A stretch of DNA of 64,000 nt, from NCBI GenBank assembly GCA_003427395.1, contig BFEA01000026.1, forward strand, positions 2,246,223 to 2,310,222. Direction: 5' to 3'. The stretch comes from Chara braunii (lineage: Eukaryota > Plantae > Charophyceae). The position numbers were made by a program, and so were the translations under genes. How positions within the stretch are numbered: the first letter of the stretch is position 1; each line of letters starts with the position of its first letter. This document shows, piece by piece, positions 37,121 to 50,632 of the stretch. The notes under the pieces are model-generated. The model had not been told where the DNA came from, made no database searches, and saw only the letters and a list, made by a program, of their open reading frames with translations.

Positions 37121-37459
37121 ATATTAAAATGTGATATTGGAATTGATCCAGTGTCTCTTGGGTGGAAATACTGTTTGGAATCTCTAAGCAAAATGAGAAG
37201 AGTAACTGACCACAATGATTCTGGCTAAAAATTTAGCTCGAGGGAGTTGATTAGTTGCCGATCGAAAGCCGTTTGAATACTGATTCAAAGTTGGTGCTGG
37301 CTAAATGTTGATTAAAGTTAATTAAACACTGAAGTATCGAGTCATTGAACGTTAATCACATGAAATCCGATTGCAAAAAGAATTGCAAATTATTTGAGGT
37401 GCTTGCTGATTCAGATACTGGTGAAGTTTCAGAGGAGAGAATTTCAGGCACCGCTGCGT

Positions 37460-37768
37460 TCACCTGAGATTTACTCTAGCCTGCTCCACCGACTCTAGCA
37501 GTGACCCGGTGCTGTGCAGCTTGCCATCGTGGCCATAGAAATAAAACATGTATTCAATGTAATTTTCTTTCTTGGCTGCCCGGATAGCATGTTCCCGCCG
37601 AGTCTGTCGATGTAACTCCATGTCTCTGTATGCATCATCCTCCCATCCTTCCTTCCTGTCTCTGTTCAATCGACACTTTATCACTAGTACCTCATCACCC
37701 CTCGTTATTTCCCAACCACTCCACAAATCCGATTTGACGAGAGGCTGAAAGGGTTGAGAGGTGTCCAA
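37460..37768 (-). CDS. Possible coding exon/short hypothetical ORF (102 aa)
   Basis: Protein-like composition, same strand as the adjacent ORF; non-ATG start. Confidence 0.25.
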   Translation of the reverse strand: MDTSQPFQPLVKSDLWSGWEITRGDEVLVIKCRLNRDRKEGWEDDAYRDMELHRQTRREHAIRAAKKENYIEYMFYFYGHDGKLHSTGSLLESVEQARVNLR

Positions 37769-40700
37769 TAACCTCTCAAGGGTTATTCAAACCAATCACC
37801 AGGCTATCTGTCGAGCCATTGCTAGGAGTAGACTGTTGGCGCTTACAGATCCGAACAGTTGCTGATTGTAAGCGTGATTTGTTGCCAGGTACTATTAAAA
37901 TTCATTTGTTGACTCACGCATGCGAATATGGACTGAATAACTTGCAGGGTACTGGTATTTGGGGATTGTCCGAACAACCAGTTCAGACACGCCTCCTGCA
38001 ACCCATTAGAAGTGGCAGGTCTTTGTCTGAAGCAGATCCAGCCAAGATGTTACTTCCTTGGACCTCGGGTTGTCAGCGTATTTTCTGATCCCACGAGGTT
38101 TAGATTTGTTGGTAACACGTTGATCTTTATAGAGCTTTGGGTCTGTTAATTCAAGTCCAGACTTAAAATCTCGGTTGTCTCAGACTCACCAGTATGATCC
38201 GCTCCTGCCGACTTGTCAGCCCGCACCTGAGCTTTAGTCTCAAGAGACTCAACTCAGGACACAATTATGAACTCGTTCACCAGGGAAAGGGTATCATATG
38301 ATCCCTGACCAATCTGGATAGGTTTTTTTATCCTTTCACGAATGTCCTGTTGACTGACTGAGGGTCACTGGCTCAGATCTGTTGTGAACTGTCAGATCCC
38401 AGTTCTTACATTTGAAGTATGTGAACAGTTTGGTGAGTGTTCCTAATGGAATAACTGATCACAAAATCTACTGTGATTTGTTGCTATAGAGCTTGGACTT
38501 CACTCATTCCTCATGCTAGATGTAGTTTATCTTTATGCGATGTTGAGTGTGGCTGACAGTGGGTCTGTTTGTCTGCAAAAAAAAACAATAAATTATACGT
38601 GCACAACGCTGAGTATCGCTACGAGTCCAAGGTGGCAAGTATAAGTGTTCCCTCAACGCGTAGTTAAGAACTATTTGTTTGGTATTTTAAAAGGTTCTCT
38701 CGGTGAGGGCCCCATACTCAAGAGCAGTGGCCCCAGACACTTAACGTATCTGTATGCAACTCATCAAGGTCGAGTGCAAAATTTTTCAAAGCTTGGCACC
38801 ATTACTCTAAGTACAGACCCAGGCCCCGGTCAGCACTACTAATATAAGCGTCGGGTGCAAGCGACCAATTCCAGTCTTGCATATTGAGTAGGCATCCGCT
38901 AGGACATCCTCTTTGCCTTCTCATCAGACAAGGTGCTCGTCAGCAACATCTTCTGTTCTTGTGCTGAGTAGGGTGTCTTCTGAACATCTGCCTTATCTGC
39001 ACTTTACATAGCAAGTCGACACGCTTAAACCTCGTTCATAGATGGCTCGACACACTGCCAAGTTTGAGGCAGGGTTTAGATAAGTACTCGTCACTGATCA
39101 AATTAAAAATATAGGTGGGGAAATATTCAAACAAATAGATGAATAAATAAATAGAATAAAATCTTATTTGGCTCAGTACAGGAGAACTTCACTTCGAAAC
39201 TTATTTTTTCCGATTAAACCGCACCTACAAAGATAGCATGACCCTCGCATGAATGCAGCAAGGAATGATGTTAAAGTTCTTCCACCCGAATACTACACTG
39301 GATGTTGTTGGGACGGTTTACAGAACAGAGTAACATCTGTTTCGTTGTAGTATTCGAGTGATCAGAGAGGCACTAGAAGATTGCAGATAGAGTCATTGCA
39401 GTCAACTAATTTAGCTACAGACGACTGGTTACGATGTCCCAAGCCCTCTCTTACTTATCGCAGGTGAGTCAAGTGTGCTTGCGTCCACTTGTCGATAGTC
39501 TCTTCAGATAGACCCTACCGCTTAATCAGCTCAGAACGAGCGTGGGATTCGTCCCCATCAATCATAAATTTAGTGAGTATGTAAGCAATCTCTTTCAGGA
39601 TGCGTCGTTTCCTTCCCATCAGACATGCACTTATGTTTAGGAGATATCAAGATCAAGTCCTTATTGTATGGAGTAGGGAACCAGGTGCTCGCCACTGATC
39701 GTTCCTTTCCATTCCAATCATCTATCTACCAATTTTCATCGGGCGAGAAGTGCAGAACCCTTCATTCCCCTGTGGTCATCCCACACTTTCAAAAAACTTC
39801 CTCATATTCCTTCAGTTTGCCATTCACAAATACATTCATTTCTTAACAAATACGTGATCAGTGTTCCTCATTCATGGTTGATAGTAGCTCATAGACAGAT
39901 TACGATTACGATGAGACTCCAAGCACAATGCATCCGTCGTTAAGCTGGTGGTGAGTGACTGTTCGAAGGTAACCTTGTCTGCCGATCCGAAGACAACAAG
40001 CAATACAGTAACTCATGTAGGAGATCAAGATCAGAAATAGTAATCAAGCAAACGTGATAGAGGGAAATCCCTCTTCACTAGCGCCTTCGGCAAAAGTCTC
40101 GAGCGGGAAGGGCTCAGAGTTCTTTGAGCGAAAGAAGTTGCACGGTAGATAATAATTCTGCACTCCACCCTCATCCATGTCATTTACCTGGTAGAGTCTC
40201 GAACGTCTACGTGCTTCTTCTAATATGCTCACCCTCTATACCAGCCATAACGCTCATCTACAAAGCGACAATCACTAAGATGGTGAAAGCTAGTGAGTAT
40301 AGTATACCACTCGTGACCAATGCTCGTTGACGTCAATCGTCTCACTCGCTCTTGCATGCACATCATGGAGCATGCACGTCGTCTTCCAACGCAGGAGACA
40401 TGAGCTGGCAGTGATAGCTAGTGGAGGTGGGTAGCGTCAATAGTTTCTTGCAACCCTTGAAACCCTCATGCATCACGTCATTCCACCTCTCCCTTATCAT
40501 CACACGAAGCCCTTCACAGTGTCTAATTCAATAGAAATCGCAGATGACGTCAACAATTCCTCCTTGCGCAGTTAGTCCCGTATGTGCACTCACACACGTA
40601 CGTCCTTCCTTGCACTGGTCACACATGGGGTTATTAATACTTCATTATTACTAGTCTTAGCGTAGCTACAGAGCATGACATGAGTTCGCGCATGTGAGAG

Positions 40701-43119
40701 GACGCACGGTAGTCCGCCTACTGGCAACTGGCAACATCTCTTAGTGTCTTGTTACGGCCTACGTGATGAAATCGATAGTCACCACAATCTTCAAAGGGAG
40801 CTATTGGACAGAGTGAACAAGTCACTCGCACCCTCGGTCTAGCATCTTCCCACTAATTTGAAACCATCCATCGACCGATCTAACCGTAGTTGCCTCTGGC
40901 CCACTTCCCCTTGTGTGTTTGTGTCTCTCCCCGCCACGTCCTTTTCACGGTGTCATGGACGAAGGTCGTAATGGGTAATGGCGTCCACCTTTCTTTGGCT
41001 CTCGTTCACGCCTGTATCTAAGCCATGTGTTCGCTCTCGACCTTCTCTACGCCAGGGATAGAGGATAGTAGGCCGCACAAAGACCAGATTGAGTGGGAAG
41101 ACCAAGCGTTGACATCAACAGTAAGTTCTTGAGCAGCGAACGCACGTAAAAAACTGACTCTTTTTTTTTCACCTTCACCCCGATCGTCCGCAACTGCCTC
41201 GCGATCGCAGTCTCTTTGCTGGGCCGCGCTGGCCTCTGGGCCGTCCTCTACCGACTCAACCGGTGGATGCTCCCTTCTCCACTGTTCCAGCCCATGCCAG
41301 GACTGGGTCAGGGCGGCGCTCTTTTCGGACTTCGCCTCCGACTCCCGGTCCAGTTCCTGTTGCTCCCTCCCCGTCGTGCTCGTGGAAGTTTCTTCCTCAT
41401 GGTAAGTAACGGTGACTCGCAGTGCATCTCGTCTTCATCTCCGTTCCGCTTTGTTACGAGCCTCGGTGACCGCCCCCTGGACATTTCCATCTTCCCTCAT
41501 TTCCTGCTCCTTTCCCCCATAGGCGTTGATCTTAGTCTAGCCAGCCTGCCACTCTTGCTGTAACTCAGACAGGTGTCCACCGTAGCTCCCTCTTCGCGCA
41601 TAGGCTCCCTGCTCCAGTAGAACCTTAAGTGCCCTGGCCTATAGTCAAAAAGGTCGTTGCTATGCACCATAAGTAGACTTCGTTTGATAGACCTTGCACG
41701 GCACCAGGCCGCCAACCCAGAATAGAGCGCTAGAGAGCTCACGGTGCAGGCAGAACGCTACCAAATAGCTGGCTGCGAACAGTGCCCTGACTCTCAGGGT
41801 GTGGAGAGCGCATTTGGCACTCACTAGCAGACCCATCGCCAATGACTCGCCCCTCTCCCTTTTTATAGAATCGCCACTTACCAAGATCCCCACGTTCTAA
41901 GTGAAGGACTCAATTTGGATGACACTTAAATTCTTGTAATGTAATAATTAACGAGAAAATCAATAAACGAATAAAATAAAACTAAATTTAAAATTAAGAA
42001 AGGAAACGCGAGGGGAAAACCTTTGTTGTTGACACGACGTGCTTGCCAGTACGATGGTCCCATAACAGGATACCCACCGACCACCTTCCCCTTTTGAAAC
42101 ACGTCATCAGATTACCGCTAATGGGTACCCATATCCGATGGCAAGGAGGGGGCTTATGACCTTCCATGGGAGGTGATAAGCTTCCTACCAACACGGCCAT
42201 GGGTGCTCCCTTTTGGGGGGGCTTACAGCACAGTACCCAGCTAGACACGACTGTGGGGAAATTGGGACGTAAACGGTCGACAACGGTCGACCAGTCAAGA
42301 CCGCTCACTCATAGTCAAGGTTCGAAAATGAACCGTTAGTTTCCCCGCGCAGTGACAGAAGGGCCGAATGAGGAAGCAGACTCTAAAGGATAGGCGGTAA
42401 AATCAACAAAATTAATAATAATAATAGAGGCAAGAAAAGGGAAGGACATTATAACGCCGCTGCGGCCAGAAGCCGCTAGACCCTCCCGAACTAAAGCAAG
42501 GGTCCAAATCAGCGCGCAGACCTGACACACGACTTCCTTTCGCTTTTTGTTTTCCTTTTTTTTTCTTTCTTTCTTTAACTCTTTTCCGTTCGACTATGAC
42601 AGCAAGACCATGCATCTAACCCATAACCCAGCCAAAGACACCTGACGCGTGCCAAAAAAGACTGCGCCGGTCCCTCTACCTTCGCGTCCCTGGGTGAGCT
42701 CGGCGGCTAGCGCGGTTACATACCAATAGTACTCTGCTGTGCAGCATAGCGTTGAGCCTGCGCGGACCAAAGGAAAGTCCAGTGGCGCACCCCCACCCTT
42801 TGGCTAGGGCAAGCGTCAGCTGGACATGCCTGCAGCAGAGCGCCGCCTTGAGTATACCTGACGCACTGCAGAAATCCAGTATCCCGTGAAGGCCCATGCA
42901 ACAACAGGTTCCCGAGCTGGTACAGGTAAGTAGCGGGTCTGAATGAGCATTGGGTAGTCAGCGGAGGGCTGAGACATCGCGCCCTCCCACAACGGGCTAC
43001 TACAGGAGCACCCAATTCATCCGACTAGAAACATTTCTACTCTTTTTTTTTTCTGCGGCCGATAGCTGGGCTAATAACTAGTGATTTAAGCACATTCGGA
43101 ACCCGTAGGGCTAACACAG

Positions 43120-46100
43120 CACGTTCTGGGAGTGTAGCCACTTTTTAAATCGTAGCTTTTTGAATCTTTTATTTGTGTCGCCAAAACCACGAACATTCCA
43201 GGTCAGTATCCTGATTCTACTTGGTAGAACCATGACCTGACCCTCTGCCGCGTGAAGGTTGGATTCGGCTCACATTGGTTTTCATTTTTTCAGTACCTCT
43301 TCCCACCCCCCTTGTCGCAGTTTCCTGACGGGTGGGGGGGGGAGCGGAAATAATTTCGTTAAACGTAACTGTGAAAGAATCAGAGGAGAAACAGTCTGCC
43401 GCATCCGTGTGATACAGCCACAAGGCCACTTCCTGTGCGGTAAGATCTTCCAACAGAGAGATCTCCTTAAGGGTGTCTGAAGATGTCTCCAAGAACCGGG
43501 TTAAGGGCACCCAATAGAAACTCTGTAGTTTCAGCTCCTCCATTTCGGTTGGCGAGGCCTGCAATGCCATACGGGCAATGTGCAGGATGACCTTGGATTC
43601 CAGGTTCGTTGCGATACCGGCCACGCTTAGGCGTAGGCAACATTACGCAGGAACCATGGTTCCGAAGGAGGAGGGTCTGAGTCATGGACAACCATGCCGC
43701 TGCCGAAGGAGGGCCTACTGTTGGGTAGGCCGGAAGGGATAATGTTTCGTCCATACCTATTTTTGTTAGAACCATGAGTCCCCATGCGGACGACGTGATC
43801 ACCAAGGGGATCGAGTATTCTTTAATAGGTTTTCCTTTTATCTTCCTTCGTGAGAGTCTGCATTGCGCGAGCAGCACCCCCAGGGTATTTGACTCCCCGC
43901 TTCGCTGCAGGCTTATCCTTTGCCGGGAGTGCTTCCCCTCCGGCTTTAACCATCAGGGTTGCTTCTTTAGACGTGGAACCCTTCGACAGACTCTTCTTTT
44001 TGTTTGCCCTCTGTTTCTTAAGGGGAAAGGCACCCAAATGTGAGAGCGCAATCTTTTCCTTACTGGACCGCCTGTCCCCTGATTTGGGGGTCAGACTGTG
44101 ACTTCCAACTGAATGGAAGTCATCTAGTTCACGTTCAGGGCCTGATTCAAGCAATTCACCCAGCGCCCCCTCCTGACTGGCTTCTTTTAGTCCGTGCAAG
44201 GTCCTGACCCCGAAGTCAGAATCCAAATCCGTTTCCTCGTGTGCCGAGGAATATACCTCATTATCATATACCTGGAGGTTTGAGTTCCGAGCTCGACCCC
44301 CGCCCTCAACATCATTTTCCAATTCTCGATCTTCTTCCCCCGAGGACGGAGAGAGGGAAGCAAATCCCTCCAACTCCAGCGGCCTATTACGATCTTTGTG
44401 TGCCACTAACTCGTTCCCTTTCATCACGAAACCATGCTCGGGATCGTGGTCCGATTTCCCATCCACCTCCTCTGTTCTATCCTCTGTGTTGCGTTTTTCC
44501 CTTGTCAGAGGAGTGCGGTCCTCATCCATCGAAACTCCCTTTTCCTGAGCTTTCGACCCCTCTTCCCCATCCCTACTTCCTTCTTCCTTCTCCACTTCTC
44601 CTTTCCCCTTGCCTTCTTTCTGCGAAACCTCGTCCTTGGTTCCCTCCTCTTCCCGTTTTTCTTCCCGTTGACTTTCCCTTTCTTCACTTCCCTTTCCCTT
44701 GACCGACTCGTCCCCTTTTTCCTTTGGTGCCTCCTCCTTTTTCCTAGACACCCCCCCTTCCACTGCCTCATTCTCATCCTTTCTCCCTTTTCCTCGGACA
44801 CCACCCACCTTCCCTTTCCCCCCCCCCCCTTCCTTGGATTTGACTGCGTCGGCATACGAATTGCTTTTCCGGGACAGGCAGTCTGCATCCCCTTCTGAGT
44901 GAAAATGTTTTCTGCAAGCCGGGCACCACTGTGTTTCCGCGCACACGACCTCGATTTCTACGTAGCCATCCACACCCAAGTCAATCACCAGATATCTCTT
45001 ATAACGCAGCCGTGCCTCAGATGCCAAATCAAACCTGACATTCAAAAGATCCGGGGATAGTTTATCTTTAAAAACCCGGTATTCTTTGACCAGGTCGCTC
45101 CCATACGCATCCCGTATTGCTCCTGGGAGGAGGGGCAAAACCCCCACTGGCACCTGCTGGCAACAGATCCAAAAGAAACGATACTTTGAAACTTCTCTCC
45201 ATTCCCACAGTTCATTCTCCGTCATCCACCTTCCAAACGAAATTTTGTGAGAGACGTTGTCCAATACTACCTCTGTATGGGCTATGCAATGCATCCACTG
45301 TGCTACTTCCTTCGTTGGCGCCACGTAAGTGATCAGATTTCGGCCCTCATTGTGGAAAAGACCACGTTTAGGAGGGGCTGTAAACTGGCCCGACGAAGCC
45401 CAACCATTCTCATAAATTTGCACTATCCGTTTCTTAACATCCGTGGGCAATGAGGACGCATCTCCAAAGCGGATGGTGACTGCGTGCTCCTGTAGCCACT
45501 CCGCCCGGAAGTTGTACAGATCCTGGTTTACAGTGACTTTGTGATAGTCATCTCCCACTTCTACCTCTGACGAGGCGAGGCGCGGAGGGAGGACCCCGTC
45601 GATGTAACATTGAGCAATAATGTCCCGGATCCGAGTTTTTTCATCCGGAGGGAGAGAGGATCCCTGCCCAGCACATGCCATAGTTAGATTCCTACTGGAG
45701 AAATCCTAACTTACTACAGATACGCAAGAAAATAAGAACCGTACTCCGAAGCCCTACTCGTGGCACTGTATTGAAGCTTCCAATTAACTTACGGAAAAAG
45801 AACGGTATAGCCTCCCCTTCCCCAAAACCCGGGTTGAAATCGGTGGGGCAGAGACGTTATACCTGCATCGTAGATCGTCGTAGCCTCTTCGTCAAATCGG
45901 TTGACGACACCGTCTACTTAGTCGCTCTTCACCGTCGCTTCCACTGTTCACGCCTCTGCGTCATATTACCGGTTCCGCCACTTCCTCACCCACAGTGCTT
46001 ATGGGCCGGAGCGTAGACCCTCACAGGCTCCCGATATTCCACGGGGGCACTCACCACGGCAAACCGTCGATGTGTGAACGCGCAGGAAACCCTGACCTCG

Positions 46101-46250
46101 GGATTGCCGAGGACGAAGAACCTGCCCGCAAACCGCCATGGCCTGAGCCGTGCACTGTCGCACCCTCCGTTCCCGGAACGGCCGTTCAGTGTTTAGCGCA
46201 AACCTAGCGTCCGCGGCTCCGCCCACCCACAAGGCCACCCAGGTAATTTT
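43120..46250 (-). mobile_element. LINE copy 2, 5' part (5' UTR, ORF1, extra domain, start of endonuclease), 3'-truncated
   Basis: Colinear with 55900-59100; ends in ILTWNVRGFGDTNKRFKK..WLHSQNV; 5' boundary approximate. Confidence 0.85.
43822..45681 (-). CDS. LINE ORF1-like protein (zinc knuckle CPACRKHFHSEGDADC + acidic linker)
   Basis: 619-aa open frame homologous to 56402-58466 (PPKRGLFHNEGRNL..YVA). Confidence 0.8.
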   Translation of the reverse strand: MACAGQGSSLPPDEKTRIRDIIAQCYIDGVLPPRLASSEVEVGDDYHKVTVNQDLYNFRAEWLQEHAVTIRFGDASSLPTDVKKRIVQIYENGWASSGQFTAPPKRGLFHNEGRNLITYVAPTKEVAQWMHCIAHTEVVLDNVSHKISFGRWMTENELWEWREVSKYRFFWICCQQVPVGVLPLLPGAIRDAYGSDLVKEYRVFKDKLSPDLLNVRFDLASEARLRYKRYLVIDLGVDGYVEIEVVCAETQWCPACRKHFHSEGDADCLSRKSNSYADAVKSKEGGGGKGKVGGVRGKGRKDENEAVEGGVSRKKEEAPKEKGDESVKGKGSEERESQREEKREEEGTKDEVSQKEGKGKGEVEKEEGSRDGEEGSKAQEKGVSMDEDRTPLTREKRNTEDRTEEVDGKSDHDPEHGFVMKGNELVAHKDRNRPLELEGFASLSPSSGEEDRELENDVEGGGRARNSNLQVYDNEVYSSAHEETDLDSDFGVRTLHGLKEASQEGALGELLESGPERELDDFHSVGSHSLTPKSGDRRSSKEKIALSHLGAFPLKKQRANKKKSLSKGSTSKEATLMVKAGGEALPAKDKPAAKRGVKYPGGAARAMQTLTKEDKRKTY

Positions 46251-47514
46251 ACAAGTCCACAAGTCCATCATGATTCGAACTCAGCTCTGGTTATCAACAG
46301 TTCGAGGATGTCAGCCGCGCGGGCCGCGTCGCCATTCTCGTCTCGTTGTGCTTAGCGTCGGAAAATTTAGAGACGCCAGTCGGACAACATGCACCCGCCC
46401 AGCTGTCAGTTCGGACCCAGTTGTTTATGTGCAAGGCGCCACTACAACATATGCTAAATGAATCTGGACCTGAAGTGGGCCTCAGCACATTGAAGAAATT
46501 TGGTAAGTCCGAATGCATCAGCACAAGTACTCATTCCAGATACATTCAAAATGTTGGGTATTGTAGAGCGAGGCCCTATCCCAAATAGTGTCCCAGAAAA
46601 AAATAGGGGGGGAAAAGCCATTGTGATGCGGACGTCGTTTGGGAACGCTCGCTCCACTACTCTCCAAATGGGCATGAGACTGCATCCTCCCCCAGAACGT
46701 GGAAAGATACATTGTCATTGTTTCGTCCTTTGTGCAGTGGAGAGTAGCGTAGCGACGCCGCTTGACAACGCACCTCCTGATGGGCGCGCGCAGTCCGCGA
46801 TCGGGTAGTCAATCCTGGGCTAGCTCTCACTTACACGAATTAAGCGATATTGACCGTAGATAGCAAAGATCAACGGCCAGAATCTATCAATCCGCGCAAG
46901 TGGGACGTCGCCCCCTGCCGCCAGAAGACCACGGCGAAGAGGGCGGGAGGAGGCGCGGGACGAGGCGGGGGAAGAAGACCCACGGGGAAACACGCGAACC
47001 GAGAAGAAGGGCCCCGCTCCACCACTCACGAAATGTGGCAAATGAGGACGAATTTTCCCGTAAAACATGGGAAGATACGACGCCATATTTTGTGTGTGTT
47101 GTGCATGTGGCGAGTAGTGGAACGACGCCCAAAGGTGAACGGCGAGCTAAAAATGCAGGAAGTACAAAGTATAGTTCGCCTTACCGAACTGCTATAAACC
47201 TACCTCGCAGTGGCCGTATTGCAGGCAGGCCAAGCAGCGTCCTTTCCCTCTTGTCCTCCTTTATGATCTCTGAACTCAATGCCTACCGCCATCTCCTCTC
47301 CTCTCATGGCTGTCGTCGTGTAAGCGCCTGCGTTGCACACCGTACTTTGGCCATCGATGCAACGCATGCGGTAGTGTGCCACATTGGCTGATGATAATGT
47401 GAATCTGCACCCCAGCGGCGGCGAATTCGCTTCTCGTCTCCAGTCCGCCTCTGTTCTTTTCTTTTTCGACACGTCTCTCACATTACACGAAAGTTTGATC
47501 AACACACATACGCA

Positions 47515-47518
<4 letters not shown>

Positions 47519-47607
<89 letters not shown>

Positions 47608-47674
47608 NNNNNNNNNNNNNNNNNNNNNNNNNNNNNNNNNNNNNNNNNNNNNNNNNNNNNNNNNNNNNNNNNNN

Positions 47675-47728
<54 letters not shown>
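47519..47728. repeat. (GA)n microsatellite with N gap abutting the FTHFS start codon
   Basis: Direct. Confidence 0.95.
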
Positions 47729-47731
<3 letters not shown>

Positions 47732-49672
47732 GGGAAAAGTGTGAGGAATCATGAGTTGAAGATCGTATCGCCCACTCCGGCGGATATCGTTATCGCGCAG
47801 TCGGTGACGCCGGTTCCTATCAGCGAGATCGCGGAGTCATTAGGACTGCAGTCGGAAGACATTGCGCTGTATGGCGACACGAAGGCGAAGGTGAAGTTAT
47901 CTGTCCTGGACCGCATTGGAAGCGAGAAGCGGGGAAGGGGGTATTATGTGGTTGTTGGAGGCATTAGTCCCACCCCGCTTGGCGAGGGCAAATCAACGAC
48001 AACCGTCGGGGTGTGTCAAGCCCTAGGTGGTCATCTGTCAAAGAAGGTAGTCACTTGTCTTCGCCAGCCTAGCCAAGGTCCAACATTCGGCATTAAGGGC
48101 GGCGCCGCGGGCGGTGGTTACAGCCAAGTTATCCCGATGGAGGAGTTCAATTTGCATCTGACCGGTGATATTCACGCCATCACGGCAGCCAATAATCTGT
48201 TGGCGGCGGCCATTGATGCGCGCATGTTCCATGAGTCCACGCAATCGGATGCCGCCCTGTTTAATCGCTTGTGCCCGGCGGACAAGAGCGGTAAGCGGTC
48301 CTTCGCGGGAGTGATGATGCGGAGACTGCGGAAGCTGGGCATCGAGAAGAAGGACCCGGCGGAGCTGACGGCGGAGGAGAAGCGGCAGTTCGCGCGCCTT
48401 GACATGGATCCCGAGCGCATCACGTGGAAGCGCGTCATGGACACGAACGACCGGTTCTTGCGCAAAATCACGGTCGGCCAGGGGCCCGACGAGAAGGGCT
48501 TCACCCGCCAGACCGGCTTCGACATCGCGGTCGCGAGCGAGATCATGGCTGTTCTCGCGCTGACGACCTCCCTGGCAGATCTGCGCGAGCGACTGGGACG
48601 AATGGTCGTAGCCACGAGCAAGGCCGGCGACCCCATCACCGCGGACGACCTCGGCGTCGGAGGTGCTCTCACTGTCTTGATGAAAGATGCCATTCATCCC
48701 ACCCTGATGCAGACTCTGGAGAGGACACCGGTTCTCGTTCATGCCGGACCTTTCGCCAACATCGCGCACGGCAATTCGTCCATAGTCGCCGATCAGATCG
48801 CTCTTCAGCTCGTCGGCGATGGCGGATTCGTCATCACCGAGGCGGGCTTCGGTGCCGACATCGGACTCGAGAAGTTCTTTAACATCAAGTGCCGATACAG
48901 CGGGTTGCAGCCCGACTGCGCGGTCTTGGTGGCCACGGTACGCGCCTTGAAAATGCACGGAGGCGGACCGCCGGTTGTGGCGGGAAGACCGCTGGACCGC
49001 GCCTACGTCGAAGAAAACCTCGATCTCGTGCGCAAGGGTTGTTGCAATCTCGCGCGTCATGTGGAGAACGCCAAGCTCTTCGGTGTGCCCGTCGTCGTGG
49101 CTATCAACAAGTTTGGGACAGACACGCAGGAGGAGTTGGACGCTGTGCGGGCAGAAGCGCTGGCCGCCGGCGCGAACGAGGCCGTCGTTACCAGTCATTT
49201 CGCGGAGGGCGGGAAAGGCGCCGTCGAGCTGGCTTTGGCGCTAGAGAGGGTTTGTCGAGAGAAGAGGGAATCGGGGTCGTCGTCGGGATCGGAGGAGTTC
49301 AAATTCTTGTACCCGCTGGATCTGTCCATCAAGGAGAAGATCGCCGCCATAGCCACGAAGATTTACCGCGCGAGCGATGTCTCCTACTCTCCGGAGGCGG
49401 AGGAGCAAATCGCAATCTACGAACGACAAGGGTTTGGACAACTTCCCATCTGTATGGCCAAGACGCAGTACTCTTTCTCGCATGATGCCGCTCTGAAGGG
49501 AGCCCCGTCGGGTTTCGTTCTGCCCATCAGGGAGGTGAGAGCAAGTGTAGGCGCTGGCTTCATTTATCCCATCGTGGGCACGATGAGCACGATGCCAGGA
49601 TTGCCCACGCGACCTTGCTTCTACGACATCGACATCGACTGTGTGACAGGTCAGGTTGTCGGATTGTCTTGA
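47729..49672 (+). CDS. THFS: Formate--tetrahydrofolate ligase (10-formyl-THF synthetase), 647 aa, intronless
   Basis: Signature motifs [81 protein letters not shown]; plant-type sequence; ATG at 47729 (the ORF-track extension runs through the microsatellite). Confidence 0.97.
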
Positions 49673-50285
49673 ATGGTTCGCTGCGCCTGCGCCTGCGCCC
49701 GCGCATAACAGTGTGCTGGCTTCTCGACCTCCCCCTTTTTTCTCAACCTAGTAGTACTACTGCTACCGGTAGGTAATACTACTACATGATCCAGTTTTTA
49801 ACTTCCGTCCGTTTTTTGTTTCGTTTTGTAGTGTTAGTCGTTTTTCTTTGCTAATTATTTTCTTCTGAAACGAATTTTAATTAGTGGAAATGCCCTGCGC
49901 TCTCAGGATGGGGCACAATCTCAGGGGAACAACTGCCCGACGTCGTGTACTAAGCATTGTGTGTGCTTCGTTGCCTATTTAATGCCGATCAGGACGGATA
50001 CTGATTGCAAGAAGTTTAGAAGACGACGACGAAATCGAATGGAATGGAGGTGCCAATTAAGCTTGGGCAGAGAAGAGCAGATGGGTTGCTCGGTAGGAGG
50101 TTTTCAGCTTGGTAGGAGGTTGCAGTAGTAGTGAGAGTATCAACGTCAGGCGTAGGAGGCTTTCAGCTCATAATCGATTCGTATATTGGTTGGTTGATCG
50201 GGAAAGGTCGCGGTCATTGGTATTCGGACTATTCCTTCTTACTCTCGTTCAGTGCCCCATTCATCATATGGCTTCTTGCACATAA

Positions 50286-50288
<3 letters not shown>

Positions 50289-50328
<40 letters not shown>
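50289..50328. repeat. (GT)n microsatellite
   Basis: Direct. Confidence 0.95.
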
Positions 50329-50330
<2 letters not shown>

Positions 50331-50632
50331 TCCGAGTTTAACTTATATGGCCTTGGTTGCCCAAGCGTCGAAGTTTTTTTTATTTTCAACCACCGAGAAG
50401 GAACTGTCTTGTGCAGAGACAATCCAAAAAGTTCCTAATTTAGTAATACTTCACTTCTGGAAATTTAAACGCCAGTTTCAGATTTTGGACTTAGCAATTG
50501 TTGTGCAACGATTCTTCCGCCGATTTTTCTTTTTCGTTTTTTGAATCTTCAGCCACCAATACGGAACTGGTCTGTGGAGAGACCAATCCAAAGAATTTCT
50601 GATGTTCCAGTCCCGGAATTTTGAACTCTAGT

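Noticed and set aside
40290-40320. Peptide EYSIPLV identical to LINE domain X
   Set aside because: No flanking similarity, different codons; treated as chance
47384-47728. N-terminal extension of FTHFS (762-aa ORF call)
   Set aside because: Non-ATG start that reads through a GA microsatellite and an N gap; homology begins after the ATG at 47729
48038-49485. Long antisense/alternative-frame ORFs (386 aa and others)
   Set aside because: Shadow ORFs of a GC3-rich gene
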